From NCBI GenBank assembly GCA_012026655.1, contig JAAILG010001192.1, positions 1 through 64,000 on the forward strand: DNA of 64,000 bases, read 5' to 3'. Below the pieces are notes generated by a model. The model worked only from the letters and a program-made list of their open reading frames with translations. It was not told the origin of the DNA and ran no database searches. The first letter of the stretch is position 1. The number at the start of each line of letters is the position of its first letter. Origin of the DNA: Hydrolagus affinis (Eukaryota). Below are positions 12,444-24,789 of the stretch, in pieces. A program made the translations under genes and the position numbers.

Positions 12444-13879
12444 CTTAAGAATACAAAGACAACCAAGATGAACATAATTCCAATAGATCAAGGCCAAAAA
12501 TGTGCAAAATGACAATTAAGCTACTCTGGCTCTCACATATCAACACAATGAGTCTTTTGAAACAGCAGAGCGAACAAGCGTGCCTTAAGTTGTGAAGATA
12601 CAAATGAATCTTTTTGTAGTACACATTAAAATCTGTAAAGTCAAGATGTTACTGAGGTGACACACTTGCCACCAAATGATTTAATTTGAATGTGAAGCAC
12701 ACTATTGTTTGCAAGTTTTCTCTAAGACCCGATTACTCTCCGTTAAACGGCATTGTGGAATCATGTAAGTGCACTTTTATTCCACCTAAATATTATACCA
12801 GTATTTTCCCAAACAACTGCTGTTCTTTTGTTGTCAGTGGCAACAAAAACTTTAATTTCAGACAATTCACTATAATTTGGGTGCTGCTCTAGGCAGAATA
12901 ACAGAACACCACATGTTCAGAAGCACGAAGTGAGAGACGAATGTAGTTCAAGTGCTGCTCTGCTTGGCTCCCAATCGGAGCTGCACTAAGTAGCAAGGCA
13001 TTAGGCACAGTCTACAGGAATGTAGACTATAGGCAAAAACAAATCAATCAGATGTCACCAGCAGTCAAACTCCGAGACCACTTAGTGGCTGGCTATTGAC
13101 CATACAAAAAATAAAACAAAATGTTGTAATTGTATCTGATCTATATCAACTTTATTCTGTAAAGTAGATTGATGACAATTTAGAGATCACAAAACTGAAG
13201 TTTAAAGTGTAGATTATCAACACATGGTTGTAGTGTTATCAGCTCTGTGTTGGTTTTAAACCAGCAGCATATAGAATACATAACATTTGATACACTTTAT
13301 CTTTATTACTTAATATTGATTTGTGCCGTATTGCTGTTAATTAATAATTGTTAGATTCAGTTTCTATTTTCAACTGCATCTCAATTAAACTTCAAAGGAT
13401 TTCAATACTGAAATCTCTTAAATCAGTTACAAATAATTATATTTTAATTTCTAGGGCAAGGTTCAGTATTTTTGATCATGATAATGTGTTGAATTAAATA
13501 ATTCAATATACAGTACTTCAATAGTACTTTAAACTGTACAGTATCTCAACTCAGTTTCCTGCCAAACTCACCTATTCTGGTTTACTAAATGCACATCATC
13601 TGCACCTACATTAGTTAATTTCACATTTATAAATAATAAAATTAACATACATCCCGTCATTGTAACATAACAGGAAACCCACAAATCAAGCAGACTTATT
13701 TTTCCAATGCAAGAAAACAAACAGTAGCAATGGCTTGGATTCAGACAAAACCAGTTGAGGATAACTGGAGTAGAGGTAAAAGGGAAACAGAATGACAGAC
13801 TGAAGACAGCAGCAAGAAACAAATGGAAAGAATTTAAAAAACAAGTTTTGTAAGTTGTCAACAACATGCTACATGAGTC

Positions 13880-14480
13880 ATTTAAGGGATATGTCGGGTG
13901 GAAATATTATAGAGGATAATGAAATGGCAGATGCTTTAAAGAAAATTTTCACCTCAGTCTTCACAAATGAAAACTCGGGACTGGATCCAGTAATTTTGGC
14001 TCAGGTATCTATAACATATTGAAGAGAAGATTGAGGGAGATGGAGACATAACCCAGACCTTTAAGATGCTGAGGGTCATGGATAATGATGTAATGGATTA
14101 TTGCAATGGACTAGACTTAAAAGACTTAACAGAGAATTAGAGGACACAACCGCAAGATTAAGATGTAGATTAGAAGAATTCCTCTTCCTCCTCTTCCTTC
14201 CCACACACTAAGGTGAGTAGATATAGGTAGTAGTTGATCAACTTTAATAAAAAGAGCTGGACACACACCTTTCCGGGACAAGGATAGTTGGAATAACAAT
14301 AGACAGATGGTCATTACTCAATGGAACATGCTTCCTAGTCTACTGGGATCAGGGAAATTAAGCTGTAGAAAGCAATTGACCAAGTTTGAATAATGGATTA
14401 AATATACTGTATAGATAGAGGTCACAATAGAAACATTATACATAATCTATGGAGTGGGAAAGATCCTTTTTTCATTCTAG
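13880..14480 (+). mobile_element. Highly decayed CR1-like LINE fragment in COPS7B intron 6
   Basis: 'gaaatggcagatgctttaaa..ttcacctcagtcttcac' and 3'-end-like remnants. Confidence 0.45.
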
Positions 14481-14504
14481 ACATTCTTGTACTTTTAACC
14501 TCAC

Positions 14505-14610
14505 CTCAGTTTCCATCTGTTGTTGAGTTTTTAAGTTGCTCTCCTTGTACTGATTCACTCGAAGAACTTGTTGTTCAATACCTAATAGAACCACTTGGCA
14601 ACAATCACAC
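14505..14610 (-). CDS. COPS7B: COPS7B exon 6
   Basis: (W)[35 protein letters not shown]; 106 nt; cag|...GAG|gtgagg. Confidence 0.95.
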
Positions 14611-15649
14611 CTGTTAATGAACAGGAGAATTCAGACAATATGTTAGATAGTGTTTGCCATGAAAGGTACTGTATAAATGCAAGCTGTTGCAGTTAGTTAT
14701 CCATTAAAATATAAGTAAGTCAATTAATTGAAAAGTCAGGCAGTCAAGATAACTAATGTACAAATTCCTATAAACGCATTTCTATTCAAAGCAATTATCT
14801 TGTCATATTCCATAAACTAAATTTCACATTTTTACTTGAAACATGTTAAATAATCATAAATATCAATCTAAAAATAAAAACTTGGGGTGTTTAAGAATAA
14901 CATTAAATCATGAGCAATCCTCCTCATTATACAACACATCATGAGGATGACATAAATGTTTCCATTGCAGTTGAATGTAGCATCTTCACTCGTTCTTTAC
15001 TTTGCCTTTATAATCCTTACAATTCCAAGTTATTTAAAACTATACAGAATGTCAACATTTTCAGCCTGCGCAAGTCTTTCTCCAACTGCCAAGTCCTAGA
15101 TTAAAATGATATGTAAACATTGTCTGCTCCTCTCCTTCAAGTTTACATCCCAGCTGTGTGTAGTGTGATAGCATTTTCATGCTAATTTCTTTAGTGTTGT
15201 GGCATTTGAAAATGACGCAAGCTGAAATTGAAGTGCAAAACTTCAAAAGCCTGTGCTTCCAAATTCAACAATGAACTCATCATTGATCTGAAATTAAATG
15301 AAAATAAACATATTTTCTTATCCACTTTCCATATCATGAATAAAGTGAAAGGACTGGTCACTGGCATACTTCCCTTTCCAGTATCCGCCACATGAATAAA
15401 GTGACTGGACACTGAGAGGCGAATACATTTGTCGAATTAGATTTTACTTGAGGTCAGCACATCAATTTCAATTGGTGTCATTTTTGAGTAGCACCCTGCA
15501 GCAAGTCATTGTGTACTGAAACAATATGTGGTAAATTAGCATTCATACTGTATACTAAATAACTATCTGATAAGATACCATGCATACAATTCAACATATT
15601 TGTTACTGTACAAAAAATTCACAATTCTACAAGTACAAAATAAAATTAC

Positions 15650-15852
15650 CATTCCTGGAGTGTTTTAACAATGTCACTGATGTCTTGCTTTTGCAGATCT
15701 CTCCCAATGCAAAAGTCAACCTCAAGAAATTGATTCCGTTGATCAAGTTTACCTTGTATTATATCTGTATAAATCGCTTCAATAATTAAATCCTCTAATT
15801 CTCTGAGGTTCTTCATATCAAGGTCTTTTAGAAGAATGGTATATGGAATACA
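15650..15852 (-). CDS. COPS7B: COPS7B exon 5 (PCI winged-helix)
   Basis: [67 protein letters not shown](W); 203 nt. Confidence 0.97.
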
Positions 15853-16273
15853 CTGTAATGTTATCACAAGAGGTTGGTTAACTGTGAGTAGCAAAAAAGC
15901 TTCATTATTAGCTGTAGCAATTCAGATAGTATTTGCTCAGATGAAATTAAGTTTATTATTTTTTGTAAAGATGTATACAGTACAAGTAATACTTCATTTG
16001 TTGCCTAATTCTCTAAAACTTCTGCTCAAAATTATAACAAATAAGAAACCATGAAAATAAACTATTTTTGACTCCACTTCTCCAATGTTGCTCCTTTTAC
16101 AAGTTTTGAAACAAAATGTATTTGTAGAAATTCCAAAATAAGTTGTCACTGAATCTGATACAAGATTAGTAATACAAAGTATCCAGAGGTTTCATTATGC
16201 TCGTATTAACACATGTTTAAAGAAACAAGTCTCTACATAGCAAAACATCCTACACAAACAGAATCTTAAGTAC

Positions 16274-16362
16274 CTTCATTCTTGCAGCCAAGCTTACTAT
16301 GGTCAGATGTTTCAGCTTGTTCCTCTGAGCTAATGTTAAGTCAGGCAGACTTCCCTTATTAG
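16274..16362 (-). CDS. COPS7B: COPS7B exon 4
   Basis: (A)[29 protein letters not shown]; 89 nt; tag|...AAG|gtactt. Confidence 0.96.
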
Positions 16363-16927
16363 CTAAACAACAGAAAATATGCAATTCTAGAAAGAACCTT
16401 TGAAGTTTATAAAAGCAAGAATTGCAAACAGACCAATTTTGATAGGTGCACAACTAGTTTCACAAGAAAGATTTTGTTTAGATTATGATTTGTCAGAACG
16501 ACACCAAAGCCCTTTAACTTAAACGAAAACATTGATTTCACACAAAGCAATGAGATGTTCAAAATGTTCTGTTCCTCTTGATAATAGTAACCTGTGCATT
16601 TGATATAGCACATCTCACATCTTCTAGACATCTCAAAGCGCTTCTCAGAAATAGTGTAAAGTGAATTGACTGCATATTTTGCGAGTGAAACTATACTTTG
16701 GGGGTGATCGTGATTAATGCATTTATTGAACTGATCATTATAAAATAAAGACAGAGATAATTCAGATGTATTTTAGGAAGCTGACTAGGTGTAGGATCTG
16801 TGAATACAATACAATCTCAATTTATTATGCATTTAAAAGTTCAGGGTGACTAGCAGGAAAAGTAAATTGCTAAATGTCTGAACAAAACAAATGGGGGTAA
16901 ACATTTTCAGAAGTTTCACTTCCTTAC

Positions 16928-17003
16928 CTAAATAGTCGGGATATGTTCCATATGCAAACAGGTTCAACAGTTGAAAATAAGCGGCATGGGATCCATTAGC
17001 CAG
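16928..17003 (-). CDS. COPS7B: COPS7B exon 3
   Basis: LANGSHAAYFQLLNLFAYGTYPDYL(A); 76 nt; cag|...G|gtaagg. Confidence 0.96.
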
Positions 17004-17714
17004 CTGTGAAGGAAAAACACAGTACTGAAAAATTTATACCTGCTAATCCAATAAGGCATGCAACTGTTTTTATTCAATGAAATGGTTAATAAGTGAGAAT
17101 TGTTAAATGAACTCTATAATATGAAGTCTGTCAAGATTCAATAATGTGATTTTGTAATAATTGCATGTGGTTTATTTTCCTCCCCAATCTTAAAGTTACC
17201 CATAGAGCAATCCTTAGCACGCCGTACAATAAGAACAAATGACATAGTTGCCATTGGGACTTCCTCGTGATAGGAAAGGTACTATACAAATATAATTTTA
17301 TATTGTAATGTGTATGTAATTGATGAGCCATGATGTAATTAAGTGGCGGAACAGACTCGACGAGCTGAATGGCCTTCTCCTGTTACTATGTATGCACATT
17401 GTGATTTTCAAAACATCATTTTGGCTTTTGAAAGAAAATTTAAGCTTTCACAAACTATACTCTTTTAACTCGAGATCTGCATATTTTCAATTTCCAATGC
17501 TGAAGAACAGCATTGGAAATTGTAACATTGCCCCATTCTTTGATGCTTCTTAAATATTGATACAATATTGATATTTTGCCACTAGGTGTCATTCGCACAT
17601 TTTGTAAATATGGTACTCTTCCACTTTCATAACAAGTTAAAAACACCTCGATCAGAAGGCCATAACTGCATTAAATTCCCTCTCCCCACTTTGATTCTTA
17701 ATGATTGAAACAGG

Positions 17715-17942
17715 CGTTAATTTGGCGAGCCTTCAGCCACTCTGCCCCTAACCTCTGGAATTCCATCCCGCAGTCCCTCCGCCTCGACCTTTCACTGGCC
17801 TCCTTCAAGTCCCGCCTCAAGACTCTCCTCTTTGACAGTCCCATCGGTCACCCCAATTCCCCTCCCTTCCCTCCACATATATGAAAGACTGACTATCCTC
17901 CCAGTGTGAAAGGCACTATACAAATATAATTTTGTTGTTGTT
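17715..17942 (+). mobile_element. L2-like LINE 3' end
   Basis: 'gccttcagccactctgcccctaacctctggaattccatccc..' through the (GTT)n tail. Confidence 0.8.
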
Positions 17943-18416
17943 AATTTGATGTTGTGGCCTAACTGCTATTCAATGAGTTTCACAAATTTGCCTAAATAAA
18001 CCACACTGTAATTTTAAGTTCTAAATGGCATTCATTATGAATGTAAAATTAAAATAGAATAGCTATAGGCACTTAAGAACAAACGTGCTAACCTTAGAAA
18101 ATTGACAATAGCAGTTACTTCATTTTAATTAATTTCTTAAGTGGTGGAGAACAACTGGCACTTGTTATAGCACCTTTCATGTGGATAGCGTCTTGGAGCA
18201 TTTAAGAATCAGATAATCCCATTTAGAATCCAATCTATAATCATAACATGTTGCATGAAAGTACATCTTAAATCAGATTTTAAAACACAGCCTTGTTCAC
18301 TTCTTCAGGCTTGTTGCATTTAAATTTAAAATTATATTGTCAAGGAGAAAAACTAGAATTAATTTATAAAATATGAAGGAAATAAAGGAAAATAGTTTCA
18401 GTTCTGTATTCCTTAC

Positions 18417-18578
18417 CTCTTGCACATTAGGCGTTTCTAGAAGTTCCCCAAAAACATAAACTCCTGGAGCTTCTAACACTTGGATAATGAGAGCAGTTAA
18501 TGCTGGCCCTTCGGCAGCTTTGGATAGCAAAATAAATTGTTCCAAAGGATTACTTGTAGGTTTTGGTTCTCCTGCCAT
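18417..18578 (-). CDS. COPS7B: COPS7B exon 2 (first coding exon), COP9 signalosome subunit 7b
   Basis: [54 protein letters not shown]; 162 nt coding; acceptor cag at 18587-18585; donor GAG|gtaagg. Confidence 0.96.
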
Positions 18579-18852
18579 GTTTCACTGTAAAACAAAGCTA
18601 TTATATTACCAACACGAGGCCACTATCGACTATGATGGTTTTGGGGATGTCAACCAATGCAGGACAATTGGCCACAACTCTCCCTTGTGAAGGGGTGGAA
18701 TGGAAAGGGCATGGAAAGAAAACTAACTAGGTAGGTTTCCTGCTTCTCACAACTATCCAGGGATCTCTTCTAGAAGGTACACATGTGGGCATTGGATCAG
18801 GATAGGGACCAGTGATGTACAGTAATTGGGGATTTTGTGACGCTTGTCTGTG

Positions 18853-19138
18853 TTATTATAATAATAATCCTTGCATTTGATTTTGCTTTTCACATCTTCT
18901 AGACTTCTCAAAGTGCTTCACGGAATATATTGTAAAGTGAATTGACTGCATATTTTGTGGGCGAATCACAGCAGCCAATTGCACACAGCAGTCTCCCACA
19001 AACAGCCATGGATTGAAGTGAACAATTTTTTTTAGATTATTAGGTGTGTGGAGTAAGAAATCTTTCGCCCTGCCTGGAATCGAACCCAGGTCTCTCGCTT
19101 GGAAGGCAAATGCTCTAATCACTGAGCTACAGGGCTCC
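18853..19138 (-). mobile_element. Near full-length tRNA-derived SINE in COPS7B intron 1
   Basis: Head ggagccctgtagctcagtg...ggttcgattcc, body, (ATT)n tail. Confidence 0.88.
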
Positions 19139-20479
19139 ACAACTTTATCCATCAACACTCTCAAGGTACCATCTATTTTTAAGAGGAATATAAAAAGGCA
19201 TAAAGGACAAATAATTGGATTGAGTAATTAGCTCCAGTAGATAAAATAGCACTGATGGTTCGAATTGGCCACCTCCTACAGTTGACATTTCTATAATTCT
19301 ATCGCACAAGTTACAAAACACAATCATTTCAATTGACAGATCTCTTGTGCTCAAGGAATAGTACAAAATTAGATTTGTACAGCGCCTTTCACATCGGAAG
19401 GATGTCCCAAGGCCCTGGACAGTCAATGTTTCAGATCCAAGCTAGAGTCAGGATCGGGGAGGATGGAGGGGAAGGGGAAGGACCGATGGAACGGTTGAAG
19501 AGGGGTGTCTTCAGGTGCACTTGAAGGAAGCTAGAGAAAAAAGCGACATGGAGGAATTGCGGGATGTAATTTAAAAGGTCGGGATCAGAGTGGCTGAAGG
19601 CTTGCCCATCAATGGTGGGTGGGGGGCATGGAGCATATAATACATCTCATGTAAACAAATTGAAACCAACTGGATTAATTTATTAATAATTCTTGATTAT
19701 TGTAGTTCCAGATAAAGTTGAAGTACATCATAACCATGAATTACTTTTGTGGCAAATGTTAAACACAGACAATCTGCATCAGCAGCAAAATGGATGAATT
19801 GGTTGGCTTCCCAATTTTGAATAAAAATAAGTATTCATTATTATCTTATTTTGGAAGATGCAAGAAGCTAAACCTTCAAATACGAACATAACTAAATGAG
19901 GAATGTGGAAATTACCAGGGCTGATGTTGGAACAAAAATCTACCACTTTAGTATTTTTGAAAGAAAAAACAAGCACAATCGCTGAAAATGAAAACACTTT
20001 AAAATGTAGAGATTGACAAATGTGGGACTTTTCCTATGGGGGAGGGAAACTGGGGCAGATTTGGCTAGACTCCACAAGCTGGTTAACTTTGAATACTTTT
20101 GTCTTGGACAAAGGCGGGGGGGAGGGGGTGGGGGGAGAGAGAGAGAGAGGAATAATTCAGATCAACTTTCAATACATGTTCCTTAATCTCCAGCCTGAAC
20201 AAACAGGAGAAGCAGACAGAAAAGAAGGCGTAACACTTCATCCAAAGGAGGCATCGCCATAATTACGTATGCAGCGCTCTCCCCCACTCCACCCCATCCA
20301 CATGGCACTGGAGTCTGGGCGGTGGGCGATAAGCCCACGGACAAATGGTCCAGCCTGGTGGTGACCATTCGAGCCACTGTTTGAATTGGAGTATTTGTGA
20401 ACGTGTGAAGCCCTGGGTCAACAAGGAGCGGAGAGCCTAATCTCTTGCGAAATAGTCGTCTAGTGGTACCGAAGTCTCT

Positions 20480-20890
20480 CTCTATCGAAGCGGCCCCCGC
20501 TGCCTCTCTCTTTATCCATCCACTCACCTGCCGCAGCCCGCGAGCTCCCAGCTCCCGCCCCCCTTCCCCGTCTCCCATTGGCCCACGCAGCGGCACTCCG
20601 GTTCGAGGACCGTCTGCTATTGGCTCTGCCGCCTGTAGATCACAGAGCGCGGCCGCAGACACACCCACTCCCTGTCAGGTGGGAGTCGTTTATAACGGTC
20701 GCCCGCCGTTTGAAATTCAAATTGTTAACCGCCAGTCACAGTCAGTGTGTGACTGGCGCCTTCTCCGCCGCCGCTTCGTCCAAGAGGGGAGTGGTAGGGG
20801 AATTAAAGGAAGCATCGTCGCCCCCCGATGGACAGACGATGGGACGGAGGTGGAGACGCCCCTTTATATAGACGCTCTCCTGGTGTCTTG
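20480..20890 (-). promoter_or_regulatory. CpG-island-like promoter of COPS7B
   Basis: Sharp local rise in GC and CpG. CCAAT boxes on the minus strand at 20577-20581 and 20619-20623; TTTGAAATTCAAA at 20709-20721; TATA-like CTATATAAAG (minus) at 20862-20871. Confidence 0.8.
20528..20570 (-). other. COPS7B: COPS7B non-coding exon 1 (5' end uncertain)
   Basis: Consensus donor CAG|gtgagt at 20528/20527 inside the CpG island; next acceptor at 18584 is 6 nt before the ATG. Confidence 0.7.
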
Positions 20891-21014
20891 ACACAAGTGG
20901 AAACCCATCCATCCCCACGCATAGGAGTCGCCAAACCAAACTGAGAATTCCACACATTCCACCTACACTCGGAGATTCCAGAGATGAACTACTATCCTTA
21001 TTAACTATTATCAT

Positions 21015-21330
21015 GGAGTCCTGCAGTTCAGTGGTTAGAGCATTTGTCTTGCAAGCCAGAGACCTGGGTTTGATTGCTGGCAGGTCAGGGTGAAACCTTG
21101 GGCAAGTTCCCTTATTCCACACACCTGATAATAATCCCTCAACATTTTTTAAAAAAATTGTTCGTTTCAATCCAAGGCTGTTTGTGGGTGATGCTGCTGT
21201 GAGCAATTGGCTGCTGAGTTTTGCCCACAAGTATACAGTCAATTCACTTTACAGTACTGTACATTTGAAGCACTTGAGATGTCCAGAAGACATGCAAAGC
21301 ACTACATCAAATGCAAGTATTATTATTATT
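21015..21330 (+). mobile_element. Full-length tRNA-derived SINE next to the COPS7B promoter
   Basis: ggagtcctgcagttcagtggttagagc head, body, (ATT)n tail. Confidence 0.88.
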
Positions 21331-21669
21331 TGAGACTTAAGAATATAGGCGTATTTATTATCTATTAATATTATTTAAGCTTTGAGACGTCTAGAAGAGA
21401 TGAAAAGTGCTAGATGGAATGCAAGGGGGAGTGGGGTGCAGCGATAACCAACGGCATGGTCAGAGGTTGTGGAAGCACAGCCAATGATTATTTTATTGGA
21501 GGGAACCCCTCCTTTTTCCAAGTGCTACAGGATATTTAAAAGTCCACCCAAATAGACACAGAAGTCTGGGAAATCAGTTGCAAAATATGTCACCTCAAAC
21601 CATGTGGTGCTTGACCCTGTAATGTGCTGGAGTGTCATCTTAGACCAAACTGTGACTTCCATCTTAGAC

Positions 21670-21941
21670 CAGTGGCTTCCCTTGGGGGGTACGTACCGTT
21701 GGCTGGGGGGGTGGGGGGGGAGTGCAGAGTTTTAGCGTCTCGAGCCCCCAAGTGTGTATGGAGCTGCGGCGGAGCCAGAGACCCGAGGCAGAACCGAGGA
21801 CGCGAGTGGAGCCGAAGTGGAGTCGAGGACCAGAGTGCGTGGAGCCGAGACTGAGCCGAGTGTGAAGAAGGGATGCGGGCGCAACAAAAACGTTGCTGAG
21901 TTAGTGGGGGGGCGCAGCTATTCAAAGTTTGGAAACCACTG
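21670..21941. mobile_element. Non-autonomous hAT (Charlie-like) DNA transposon/MITE
   Basis: Terminal inverted repeats CAGTGG(C/T)TTCC; 8-bp flanks tcttagac and gcttagac (7/8 match); inserted in an older Deu-type SINE remnant. Confidence 0.8.
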
Positions 21942-22455
21942 GCTTAGACTATGAGCTCAAAACGTCTTGACTGTAGAAATGGCCCTGTCCTTCCCACTTC
22001 CCCTTCAAAAATGAGTCATCTCTCTCCATAAATTAAATAAACCACAATGAAATAACACCATAAAAAAGCCTACGCTATTCCCAGTTCTCACCTTACCAGT
22101 CACAAATAATTTGCCAACTTCCAATCCCATTACTGACCCATAACTTCACAACCTGGCCTCTGAAGTCAAAAAAAATAAATGCACAAACCAACTTTATGGA
22201 CCTCAGCATTGAGAGGCGTTGGGGGCAGGCATATAATGTGGTATATTCCTCATTAATAAATTACAAATATCGTAATCTTTCAACTATATGGCATTTCATC
22301 TTTGACACTCTATTTGATGATCCCAGGTACCATAGAGCAGTGATGCAATTATAACCTTCACAATGACATTGTAATTCTCTATGTTTTTTTTTAATGCCTT
22401 TCTATATGCTTACAGTATTTAAATAAAAGGATTTTTTTTTTTTTAAACATAACGC

Positions 22456-22461
22456 TTTATT
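22456..22461 (-). terminator. Candidate distal polyadenylation signal of ECEL1
   Basis: AATAAA on the minus strand, followed about 12 nt later by a genomic A-run (22444-22432). Confidence 0.5.
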
Positions 22462-22810
22462 TACAAGACATCATTGTCAAACTTTAATAAAGTGCACAAA
22501 TACTCAACCAGTCCACTTTGCTTTCTTAGTTAATGAGTAGGATACATAAGGGCACGTAATTTTTACTGCGTTAACACTGTAATCGTGGAAGAAAAAAAGA
22601 CCTGTAAATAGACCAGCAAAGAGCAAGGAAGGATGGACAGAGAAAAGTGCTTTTGTGAATAAAAGTAATTAGGAAGTTCTCACACTGTAAAGGCAAGTTT
22701 AAAAATAATCCTAAATTTACAGTTAAAATCATAGACGTTACTGCACAAAACAAAACCATTTAGCTCATTGAGCTCATGCTGGTGCTAGCAGCTCCAATTG
22801 GAGCTAACTA

Positions 22811-23150
22811 CAGTAAAACTCGCATAAGTCTTATCTTTATAAATCGTATAATCGCCTAAGTCATACATGCACCCGAGTCCCATTCAGTTTCCTACCAAAA
22901 ACACTTAGATTTCTTTGTACTAGTCGTATTTTATAAATCAGATAACTGTCTAAATCCCAATGGTTTCTTGGTCTTAAATAATATTAAATCCTTTGCATAT
23001 ATTCTAACTCATGATGCCTTTACTGCATTTACTAAATCGCGGAAAACAAAGGCTTGACCTGTCACTACATGCACTGCACTTACCGGCTACATTGAAGTAA
23101 GTAACGCAGTCCAGATTTTGTATAAAATCCGACTTATGCAAGTTTGCCTG
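22811..23150. mobile_element. Tc1/mariner (Tigger-like) MITE
   Basis: TA-flanked; TIRs cagtaaaactcgcataagtc and gacttatgcaagtttgcctg (17/20 match); a related partial copy lies at about 29340-29490. Confidence 0.75.
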
Positions 23151-23295
23151 TAATTCATACTTTGTGTAAGATATATTCAATGTTATGGTGCCAAATGATA
23201 CAACCTTTGCAAGTTTACTGTATTCTAACTCTCATTCCCTTGCTACCTTCCCATATCCTGAAATATTATGTTCACAAATAGAATTATTTCAAGCA

Positions 23296-23301
23296 TTTAT
23301 T
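23296..23301 (-). terminator. Candidate proximal polyadenylation signal of ECEL1
   Basis: AATAAA on the minus strand about 120 nt after the stop codon. Confidence 0.4.
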
Positions 23302-23418
23302 TATAAAGTGAAAATGCATTAAATAAAATATTTAAAAAAGCTAACTACTTTTTTCCCCCAATATTAATAACAAAAGCCATGAAACACAGTTGCTTAGAAT
23401 GAATACGTTGCTTTCAGA

Positions 23419-23518
23419 TCACCACACAGAACACTTTTCAACTGGATTCATCGGTGCTCCTTTGCGACAATGAAAAACCCTTCCAAATTCATCAAATTGA
23501 GAAACGCTCCCAATGACC
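23419..23518 (-). CDS. ECEL1: ECEL1 exon 18 (last coding exon)
   Basis: [32 protein letters not shown]-stop(TGA); 100 nt. Summed coding exons are 2328 nt = 775 aa + stop, ending in the M13 C-terminal CxxW. Confidence 0.97.
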
Positions 23519-24789
23519 CTGATGAAAGAAAAAGGAAGACTATCATGTACACTTAATAATAATCCTTGCATTTGATATAGCGTTTTATCAGGTCTGAGAC
23601 ATTTCAAGGTGCTTCACAGAATATACTGTATAGTGAATTGATTATTTTGCGGGTGAAACGTGCAGGAAACACTTTTTAATCATAAAATGGTATTTCACTT
23701 GCAAATTTGTTTTTCAAGTCAATTTACGGAATTTCCAGCCATTATTCAAAAGAATCATAGAAAATAATAATCCTTGCATTTGATATAGTGCCTTATCACA
23801 TGGCTGAGATGTCTCAAAGAACTTCACAGAATATACTGTAAAGTGAATTAATTGATTTCATGTTGGCAGATCAATTAAAAACCTTGCTTCCACACTTTTT
23901 AGTTTATCTGGCAACCAAAAAATGATCAGGAGTGATATATTAATTGATGTGTTTGGTGTTCCGTGTCCTGATTTCAAAATGAAGGAAATTTGAAAATAAA
24001 GGGAATGTAGTTGTCCCAGGGCATGGGGAATATCAGTGAAGTCAAGATAGCAATATAATTGACAGCTGATAATCCAGAAAATATTGTAAAGTTGTTTGAC
24101 TATGCTGTGGGTGAAGCAACTTTGTCACACACATGCCCATTGCTGCCAAGTGCCCTGCAATTGAAAAATTAACTTTTGCTGATTTTAAAGTAATTATTTC
24201 AAATGCATTTCATTAACTCCCAAATAAAAGTTCTGATGGTGACCAAATTTTTTTTAAAGAAAATACAGTACAAATGTATTCATCTTAATTGGCAAAATAT
24301 CGGTTGAACCATAAAAATGTGAAGAGGCAAAACTTATCATGGTTTTATATCAATCAATCCAAACTTACATTTATACAGCGCCTTTCACGTCGAGAGGACG
24401 TCCCAAGGCGCTGTACAGTCAGGTAGGGACGAGCAGGTGGGGAGGGTTCAGGGCATGATGAAGAAGAGTAGGAAAATTTACTATATTTGTGGGCGAAACG
24501 CGGCAGCCAAATTGCACACAGCAGTTCCCACAAACAGTCATGGAAGTGGAATATGGGGAAAAGGGGGGGGAAAGGTGTCAAGGGGAGGGGTCGGGCTAGG
24601 GGGAAGGAGAGCAGGAAAGCAGACTGTATACTTGTGGGTGAAACGTGGCAGCCAAATTGCGCGTATACATATGTATATATATGTATATATATATATTATC
24701 GATAAGTTGACAAGAAACCAACTTTCTTTATGCTCAGATATTATATTTCCCTTACTCCGGTAAAAATCATTTAGATCAGTGAAGATTGA

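Noticed and set aside
18853-19138. tRNA-like sequences with A and B boxes here and at many other sites
   Set aside because: They are SINE heads continuous with the SINE body and tail, not tRNA genes
20183-21242. ORFs of 148-166 aa over the COPS7B promoter
   Set aside because: Stop-poor CpG island plus SINE sequence; low complexity, no recognisable domain
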